DNA of 35,519 nt from Bdellovibrionales bacterium. GTDB taxonomy: Bacteria > Bdellovibrionota > UBA1018 > CAIPTA01. Where the stretch lies: positions 1-35,519 of the forward strand of contig JAKFYM010000012.1 in the NCBI GenBank assembly GCA_021730855.1. The letters run 5' to 3'. Position numbers and translations under genes: made by a program. The notes beneath the pieces are model-generated. The model did no database searches. It saw only the letters and a list, made by a program, of their open reading frames with translations, and was not told where the DNA came from. Shown here piece after piece: positions 1 to 6,900 of this stretch; within the stretch, counting starts at the first letter, position 1, and each line of letters opens with the position of its first letter.

Positions 1-127
1 GAAGCGACTTCGCGCGGGGCAGAACGGCAGGAGGCCGTTCTGAGGCTGCGCAGGAGAGCCCACGCAGGGAGGGAGCCGGAGGGTACCGACCGTAGTGGGC
101 GAGTCTCTCCGACCGCACCATAAAAGA
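1..127. repeat. Copy 1 of a 127-bp structured direct repeat, possibly truncated by the window edge
   Basis: Bases 1-127 match 224-350 at 127/127. Internal perfect hairpins are CAGAACGGC-AGGAG-GCCGTTCTG (20-42) and GGAGAGCCCAC...GTGGG-CGAGT-CTCTCC (53-110). Weaker homology, about 10/13, continues through 128-141 versus 351-363. Confidence 0.95.
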
Positions 128-223
128 ATCCTAATTCTCCAATCATTTCGCATAACACTAAATTTATTTCTGTCTTCGTAGAGGAGAGACTCGAATCGAA
201 GCAGCCGACCTGCGGGGAGTCGC

Positions 224-350
224 GAAGCGACTTCGCGCGGGGCAGAACGGCAGGAGGCCGTTCTGAGGCTGCGCAGGAGAGCCCACGCAGGGAGGGAGCC
301 GGAGGGTACCGACCGTAGTGGGCGAGTCTCTCCGACCGCACCATAAAAGA
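224..350. repeat. Copy 2 of the 127-bp structured direct repeat, directly 3' of the hipT stop codon
   Basis: Identical to 1-127, with a 223-bp period. Its 5' edge carries the hairpin CGCGAAG-CGA-CTTCGCG (221-239). The hipT stop codon (354-356, minus strand) lies in the degenerate extension of the repeat. Confidence 0.95.
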
Positions 351-353
351 TCT

Positions 354-1334
354 TTATTCTGCAATTCGCGCCGTTCGTTCAACCAAAAGAGACTTGTATT
401 CTTTTTTTAATTTAGAAGAGACGAATGACCTATCTATTAAAGGAAATGTGGAATGTAAAGGCAAAGAGAATTTGAGTAGCGTCGACTCGATTATCTTCCC
501 CTGTATCTGCAGACTTTCTCCTAGGGCAACAAAATCCGCTCTTTCTATTTTTTGTTTCTTTCCGTTTATTGGCAGAGCCATTTCTTCTGTATCTTGAGGG
601 ACTAGAAATTTTGTGGCGAGAAGATCATATGCGGGCGAAAGACTGCGAACCCCATTTTCAGCTGTGAGCAACGAAAAATTTTTGGTGTGCATATCGGCAT
701 TGCCAGTCACAAATGAAAATATCGCTATTTCTAGAAACGTTATCGCGTCTAGGCCAGGGTTCATTGAGTACCTTCGAATAACTTTTCCGACCTTCTCCAT
801 GGAACTGTTGTATTTGTTTTCAGTAAGCAGGCCCGATAGCTGGCAGAGATCTTCCTGCGCAAGTTTCGTAACTCCCGCGCGAGTCGCTTTTCTATCAAAT
901 CGCTTCGTTAGATAAGCAAGCTCTCCTGACTCTAAGCGCACTAACCCATGAGCGGCTGTATGAATCCCGTAAGTTTTAGCAATATGCATCGTCAAATCTT
1001 CTAGTTCGACCATATTGGGATATGTCGCTGTGGGCGCCTTTAACAAATACTGACCTTGTATTCCAACCGATATCCGCGGGCCTTGCGCTCCCTCTTGCAT
1101 GGGCAAGAATGCCCTTGATGGCTTTAGATCAATTGATAGTTTCGGCTGCACTCCCGCTACGGCTATGCGAGCTTTCGCATGGTTCTGAGCTAAATTTTCT
1201 ATTTCATTCAGAGTGATACGGATCGGCGGTGGACGAGTTCTCGAAAAAAGTTTTCGACTACAGCTTCGATGGAACTCTTCTCCACTTTCTTCCACCAACT
1301 TGTAACAGAGCAAGCATGACTTACTCTTTGTCAT
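354..1334 (-). CDS. hipT: HipT-type serine/threonine kinase toxin: a HipA C-terminal kinase core without the N-subdomain
   Basis: 326-aa ORF with an ATG start. HipA kinase-core motifs are present: VAGVQPKLS (Gly-rich loop), GNADMHTKNFS (catalytic D-x-H-x-K-N) and SPAYDLL. It overlaps the upstream 114-aa HipA-N-like ORF by 14 nt. The N-terminus carries a C-x2-C...H-x2-C cluster (CLLCYKL...FHRSC). Confidence 0.85.
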   Translation of the reverse strand: MTKSKSCLLCYKLVEESGEEFHRSCSRKLFSRTRPPPIRITLNEIENLAQNHAKARIAVAGVQPKLSIDLKPSRAFLPMQEGAQGPRISVGIQGQYLLKAPTATYPNMVELEDLTMHIAKTYGIHTAAHGLVRLESGELAYLTKRFDRKATRAGVTKLAQEDLCQLSGLLTENKYNSSMEKVGKVIRRYSMNPGLDAITFLEIAIFSFVTGNADMHTKNFSLLTAENGVRSLSPAYDLLATKFLVPQDTEEMALPINGKKQKIERADFVALGESLQIQGKIIESTLLKFSLPLHSTFPLIDRSFVSSKLKKEYKSLLVERTARIAE

Positions 1335-1665
1335 CTTGATCTTCCTCTTCTTCAGGCTCTATAGAAACGGCGCCGATGCAGTCTCGGCAAACTGCTAGCA
1401 GTAAGCCCATTCGATCATTCGAATTTACTTTCCAGGTTCGCGCAGACACATCAAGTAACCAGCCTTCGGGAATAAGGCCGTCAAAAAATGGAAACATCGT
1501 TTTGCTGCGATAAGGTTCTTTTTGTAATGGAAGTGTGAGGCTGATGGGTTGGCTTTTCTCTTTAGCTAGATACTGCTCATTGTAGGCGAATATGAACTCA
1601 TCCTCTTTTTGCTCTATCGTCCCAGCAGTGTCATTGAAAAATAAGACTCTACCTCTTCTAATCAC
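1321..1665 (-). CDS. hipS: HipS-like protein: a stand-alone HipA N-terminal subdomain, expected to be the antitoxin of HipT
   Basis: 114-aa ORF. GTG start at 1665 with GAGGAG (1674-1679) 8 nt upstream. The pattern resembles the HipA N-terminal coupling domain (FIFAYNEQYL...PISLTLPL...FFDGLIPEGW). It sits between hipB and hipT, as in the described hipBST operons. Confidence 0.75.
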   Translation of the reverse strand: MIRRGRVLFFNDTAGTIEQKEDEFIFAYNEQYLAKEKSQPISLTLPLQKEPYRSKTMFPFFDGLIPEGWLLDVSARTWKVNSNDRMGLLLAVCRDCIGAVSIEPEEEEDQDDKE

Positions 1666-1670
1666 TGCCT

Positions 1671-1883
1671 CTACTCCTCACTTACTGGGCCACAAGGCAC
1701 TGGTCCAATTTCATGCCCAAATAGCGCGAGTACTTGGTTAAGCTTATCTATGCGTAAGGTCTTTTTTTCCTGCTCTAAATCACGGATAAACCGAAGGCCA
1801 ACCCCCGCCTTTTGCGCGAGATCGACTTGCGTAAGCCTCAGTTGCTGGCGGCGTGCGCGGACGAATTCAGCTATGCTTTGCAT
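1671..1883 (-). CDS. hipB: HipB-like XRE-family HTH transcriptional regulator
   Basis: HTH segment LRLTQVDLAQKAGVGLRFIRDLEQ. I prefer the ATG at 1883 (MQSIAEF...). The tracked ORF start at 1919 would place operator site 1 inside the coding sequence. Confidence 0.8.
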   Translation of the reverse strand: MQSIAEFVRARRQQLRLTQVDLAQKAGVGLRFIRDLEQEKKTLRIDKLNQVLALFGHEIGPVPCGPVSEE

Positions 1884-1894
1884 ATATTGTAATT

Positions 1895-1993
1895 TATACC
1901 TTATCGGGTATAAATTCAATGTTTTCTCTAAATATATACCCTATCGGGTATGCTTTTGTTGTATTACATATTTTTTATACCCGATAGGGTATA
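1895..1993 (-). promoter_or_regulatory. Three palindromic operator sites (ATACCC-N4-GGGTAT) overlapping two promoter-like modules upstream of hipB
   Basis: The sites are TATACCTTATCGGGTATA (1895-1912), TATACCCTATCGGGTAT (1935-1951) and TATACCCGATAGGGTATA (1976-1993), spaced 40-41 bp apart. On the minus strand, TTGAAT precedes sites 3 and 1, and the right half-site runs into TATAAA. Confidence 0.65.
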
Positions 1994-1996
1994 TAT

Positions 1997-2722
1997 TCAA
2001 GTCTGAAGACCAGCCCCGAGTGCTCGTTTTGCCTCTGCCATGGATATCTCCTGCCACTCACCTAGCGCCAGACTCCCCAGCTGAAATGGACCATACTGAA
2101 TTCTGTGCAAACGCGTGACTTCATGGCCCAGGGCTTTGAACAAGCGGCGGATCTCGCGATTCTTCCCTTGGCTTAAGGCCACTTCCAAGTGAGTTTCTCG
2201 CTTGGAGAAGCGCTGCACCTTCACAGAGTCGCACTTGAGATGCTCGCCGGCATCCATCACACCGGCCTTAGCTTGGGAGATTTTTCCATCCTCCAACAGG
2301 CCCCAAACTGAAAGTTCGTAGACTCTACTGATTTTATTTGTAGGCTCCGTGAGAAAACTAGAAAGCACGGAGTCATTCGTCACAAGAAGCAAGCCGCTGG
2401 TGGCTTTGTCGAGCCGACCCACAGCATGCAAAAACACGTCGTTTGGCAGGAGATCAAACACTGTTTTGCGGCCCCTTTCATCACTATGAGTGGTGATATA
2501 GCCGCAAGGTTTATGAAACAGAAAAAACCGCCGCTCTACCGCCTCGACCGAGCGCCCGTCCACTAACACCGAGTCGGCGGGCCAATCCACCCAGGTGTCG
2601 GGGTCACGAACAAGCCGATTGTTCACCCTCACCCTTCCCGCACGCACCCATTCTGCGCTTTGCCCGCGAGAGGCGATCCCAAGCTTGGAAAGAAGTCGTT
2701 CTAGGGTGAGGCGCCTGGGCAT
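1997..2722 (-). CDS. Pseudouridine synthase of the RsuA/RluB/RluE/RluF family with an N-terminal S4 domain
   Basis: 241 aa. S4-like N-terminus (LERLLSKLGIASRGQSAEWVRAGRVRVNN) and catalytic motif GRLDKATSGLLLVTND. Confidence 0.9.
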   Translation of the reverse strand: MPRRLTLERLLSKLGIASRGQSAEWVRAGRVRVNNRLVRDPDTWVDWPADSVLVDGRSVEAVERRFFLFHKPCGYITTHSDERGRKTVFDLLPNDVFLHAVGRLDKATSGLLLVTNDSVLSSFLTEPTNKISRVYELSVWGLLEDGKISQAKAGVMDAGEHLKCDSVKVQRFSKRETHLEVALSQGKNREIRRLFKALGHEVTRLHRIQYGPFQLGSLALGEWQEISMAEAKRALGAGLQT

Positions 2723-3119
2723 AGAAGGACTCTACCCCAATACGGTCATTGCCGACCCCTTGCCTGCAGATACATGGCTAAGCAATCGAACTCTTTAGAG
2801 AATGTGCTTTTCTTGTAGGCTGCCAAGCGGACCAACCTTTTTGCCTATAAATCTTTCATTAAAACGCCAAAGTATCGCTGCTCCGATGGGGTGGCTGGAA
2901 ATACAGCAAAAGTGCCCTTTCTACAGTCGCGGCCCTAATTCGAGGCTAACCAATTAAAATCGTTCATTTAATCTTAGCGCTTCGCCCAAGAGCAGCCAAG
3001 CGACCCCAACACCACCCGGTAAATTTTATAATTCATCGCGTCAAAAAGCGGGCAAAATATTACAGAGTTCAATAATTATTGATTGACGCGCAACGGTATT
3101 ATCTGCGATAAACGACCCG

Positions 3120-3938
3120 ATGCAACAATACCGTTTCACACCACTATTCCTCGGACTGGCCATCCTAGCCCTAGGTGCGAAACCTGGCCTAGCTTCCGTC
3201 AAGAATCCAGATAGCCCTTGGAGCCTCGGAGCTGGTGTGTCGTACGAATCCAGCCTCTACAAATTTGGCGAAGAAAGCCGCTCCCAGTCCATGGGCGCGG
3301 GCGTGAATGCCGGCTACCAGCTCAGCCCCAAATTTTCTCTAGGCCTAGACGCCAGCTTCTCTCAAGAAATTGGCGGCATCCGTGAAACTCTCGGCAATGA
3401 TGGCCACCTCGCCTTGAATCACCAGGGCTGGAACATCAGCCGCGACCTAAGCGTTCGCCAAAGCCTAACGGCCGTCCTTCCCCTCAGCCGCCAAAGTGGG
3501 CGTCGCGATGGACTCTATACAGCTCTTACCTATAGTCCAATCATCGCATGGGACCTCAGCGACAGCATCACTCCCGGTCTTTCCCTATTTGATCGCCTGA
3601 GTGCCACCCGTGCCTTTCACGAATTCAAAACCTCCACCCTTGGCCGCTCGATGAAGCAGTACTCACTCTCCAACAGCATTGGGGCGAGCTACAGTTTTTC
3701 CAAATTTTCGATCTCCACTTCTTTCAGCCGTTCCGTGGCATGGACGTACGAGAAGAACCGCGTCTCTAGTTTCGGCTTTAAGCAATCCATTGGGTACAAG
3801 GCGAGCCGGCACGTAGGCCTCTCCCTCACCTATGGAAACGGCGGAGATGCGCTCCGACCGAACGGCCAAGATTCCAACATCAGTCTGATCAATGAAAATT
3901 CGTCCAGCTTTGCAGGGGGTATTAGTTATGAACTCTAA
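3120..3938 (+). CDS. Predicted outer-membrane beta-barrel protein
   Basis: 272 aa. Signal peptide (LFLGLAILALGAKPGLAS), alternating Ser/Gly/aromatic-rich beta-strand pattern, C-terminal GGISYEL. It overlaps the next gene by 11 nt. Confidence 0.65.
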   Translation: MQQYRFTPLFLGLAILALGAKPGLASVKNPDSPWSLGAGVSYESSLYKFGEESRSQSMGAGVNAGYQLSPKFSLGLDASFSQEIGGIRETLGNDGHLALNHQGWNISRDLSVRQSLTAVLPLSRQSGRRDGLYTALTYSPIIAWDLSDSITPGLSLFDRLSATRAFHEFKTSTLGRSMKQYSLSNSIGASYSFSKFSISTSFSRSVAWTYEKNRVSSFGFKQSIGYKASRHVGLSLTYGNGGDALRPNGQDSNISLINENSSSFAGGISYEL

Positions 3939-6900
3939 AAACCACAGCGTCCTTTCCATCTTCACGGCCCTAGTGATCGCCCTTACCTTCAGTGCTTGTA
4001 CGAAAGACCGGGATGAAAAAATTCCGGATGAACTGCAAGAGAACCTGATCGAAAAATCCCTTCTGGAAAATTCGGAAGTGACCATCGAGACCGAAGGTGG
4101 CGGCCAAGCCCTGGTAGCCTCCCGCCGCCAATTCCTTGCCGCGCAAGAAGTGCAGACGGTGAAGGTCACGAACGTGAACGCTCCCGACAAGCTCTTGCCC
4201 ATGTTCCAAGATTTGAGCATCCAGGCCTTGCCAGGACGCACCTACCGCTTGAAATTTCAGGTAGACGAGAGCTTCGTCACTGCCTCGCTCCTGCTCAATC
4301 AGGCCGACCTTTCCAGCCTCTCAAAAGTGCAACAAGCTATCGCCACCAAGATGGACGACAATTCCTATCTCTTGCCGATTTTCAAGTATGCGGTCCAAGA
4401 GCTAGGCACGCTCACCAGAGTACGGAACGATCTCGAAGAGGATACCCACATCCTACGCCTCGTTCCCTCCACTCCCGCGCGCGCCACCCACGTCCAGGTG
4501 TCCATCATTCCCGAACGCCGCCGCCTAGTGAGCATGGAGCAAGATGATTCCGAAACGATCTTCGTGCGCACTCAGTTCGAGCGCCGCGTGCTCTCGGCCG
4601 CGGAATTGAAAGAATCCCTGGGCATTGAAGTGGTGGCTCCAACTGAGGCTTCCCGCTACTACCTAGAGACCACGCGCGACTCCCTGCGGATTTTTGAAGT
4701 TCGGCAGCTGCAAACCCTCACCGCCCAACAACAAGCCCAAGTGCTTGCCGGGGACCGCGATGCCCAGCGCCGCTCCAATGAGCTTGCTCGCTGCTCGCAA
4801 GACATTCAGGAGCAAGCCGCACAGGTGCAAAATTGCGTGGCCGTGCTTCGCTACACCTCGAAAATTTCCTACGTCACTCCTCGCTTAGAAGCTGAGCGCA
4901 ACGATGGCACCGGACCGCGCACTGCCAATATCGAACAGACCCCTGTTCGCTCCGGCATTACATCTGCGTTCGTGCGCATCGATAAAAATCCCACCCTCAC
5001 CGACGTGAATGTGGACGCCAACCTCATTGACCAGGATCGCGTACTTTATGTGAAACAACTGAAAGGCGTGCAGTTCCTTTTCCAACGCACGCTCACGGAC
5101 ACGCCGAACCTGGTCGGTGATAGAGACATTTATTCGGGCATCAATGGCAAACTGCAGATCGTGCGTTTTGAGTTCGGAAGAGAGTTCGTGACCGTAGTGG
5201 GCGCCGATCCCATCGTGTCCAACCGGGGCGCCACTGCGATCGACAATCCGCCGCTCATGAGCTTTCCCGTCAAATACAAACGGAAAAAAGAGCGAGACGG
5301 CCAAGGCAATCTACTGCCCCAGGTTGTCTATGAAAACGCGCAAAATACCGATGAAGATGCCATTGCGGAAGTCACCTGGGAAGCGAACAACCTCGACGAT
5401 GTTACCTCCCCTCTCTATTCCCGCTGCTTAGGCACGAAAAGTGGAGTTCAAACCTCTGGTTTCAGCAGCGTATTGGGCGCCGATGGGAACCCCGAGCTCC
5501 TCGGCTTCAATTTGCGCTACGTCTACGAAGCGCAGTCCATGCGCTGTATCTCTCGAGCAGGGTTCCAAGTGGCCTTTGATTTTCAAGAGCGGGTTTCTTT
5601 CAAGAAATACGTGGAGCGCGCGGCTGACCCTGCGGGCTTTGACATTCCCTGGGCCATCCAGCCACTGCTTGGCTATGGAATTTTCGTGGATTCCGTTACC
5701 GTGCCTTCCGCGTTCGGACGCGTGAACTTGGCAAAAAATGAGCGGGTACTGCCAAACATTCAGGATTTTCGCAATGGCCGCGTGGTGACCTATGTGCTTG
5801 CTGGCCTTCCCGCCTCTGGCATGGAGAGAGACATAATGATCGAAACCTCCCGCGAGGTCATCGGCTGGTGGAACCAAGCTTTTCAACGTGCTTTTAGTGG
5901 CACCTCCCTTTCCCGAAGTGGAAATTTCATTGAGCTAAAAATCGAAGGCGTAGACGAGCTGCCCCCACGACAGTTCGGCGATCTTGACCGTAACTACATC
6001 TGGTACATTCCCAAGGTGCTGCATGGAAGTGGAATCCTAGGTTTGGGTGGTTTCAGCGCCAATCCTAAGAATGGCTTTATCGAAAATTCCTCAATCCAGA
6101 TTTTTGGCGGAAACTTTCTGGCCAGCCTGGAAGCAGAATACGATCTCGCTAAAAGGCGGGCCGGATATTTAGCGCGGAAGCACGCGATTGCTAACCAGGA
6201 AGCCAGCACACTTACCGTCTTCCCAAGCTTAGTGACCAACGTATTGGACCCCGAAGACCTTGCAAAAGCTGCTAGGGACCAGTTGCGTAATACGATTGGC
6301 AGCATTGGAACGGCCGGAGCACTAGGAGGTTCCCGCTTCCAGCAATTGACGGCCAACCGCAACCAATTCCTCGCCAATCTGCAGATTGCTCCCGCCGGGA
6401 AACAGGCAATGAGCCCTGCAGTAGAGGAAAAGGTACTATCCTACCTCAACTCGATGACCGCACAACGTGCTGGTAGCCGCGAAGAAGAGGAATTTGAAGC
6501 GCGTCAGGCTCATCGATTGGAAAAGATTTCTCGTTTGGCTATGCCTGCCAATCGCGAGAATGGAAATGCGGGCGGCGAGGAGCTAGCCGGGCACTCTCAC
6601 AATGGAAGAACGGCCTTTCAGCACACCTGTGCTCTCCAAACGAATGCCTTAGGGGGCATGCATCTGGAGATGGGTGACGAAATTTCCGCCGGTAAAACGG
6701 AGAAGGTCTTTAGAGCCTTCGCAAGATTTGCGCTTAGTCATGAACTTGGGCACAATTTTGGGCTCGCCCATAACTTCATGGGAAGCTTTGACAAAGACAA
6801 CTGGAAGGTTAGCAGCAGCGCTCTTGAGGTAACCCACAGGAAAACTTCCACCGTGATGGATTACCTACGGATGGAAGACAGCCTAAATCTTGATAGTGTA

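Noticed and set aside
150-223. SRP-RNA-like GAAGCAGCC and tRNA T-loop-like GACTCGAATCG strings in the spacer
   Set aside because: The complementary 5' strand needed for SRP domain IV is absent, and no T-stem or acceptor stem can be drawn. These are short chance matches.
1-350. The 127-bp repeats as a CRISPR array or as integron attC sites
   Set aside because: - CRISPR: the repeats are far longer than CRISPR repeats, only two copies are visible, and no cas genes are present.
- attC: I found no RYYYAAC / GTTRRRY core sites at the ends, no intI gene and no attI. The other flank of the hipBST cassette is a housekeeping gene, not another repeat.
164-382. 72-aa minus-strand ORF spanning repeat copy 2 and the spacer
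   Set aside because: The product is Arg/Pro-rich and low-complexity, with no SD. The ORF lies across a perfect non-coding-type repeat and overlaps the hipT 3' end, so it is most likely a chance ORF in GC-rich hairpin sequence.
1750-2118. 122-aa plus-strand ORF crossing the hipB operator region
   Set aside because: It is antisense to hipB and to the pseudouridine synthase 3' end and runs through the AT-rich operator array. It has no SD or recognisable motif.
2723-3119. 397-bp intergenic gap upstream of the barrel gene, examined for an ncRNA or promoter
   Set aside because: There is only a short palindrome (CAATAATTATTG) plus TTGATT/TTGACG and TATTAT hexamers at non-canonical spacing. Nothing I can support.
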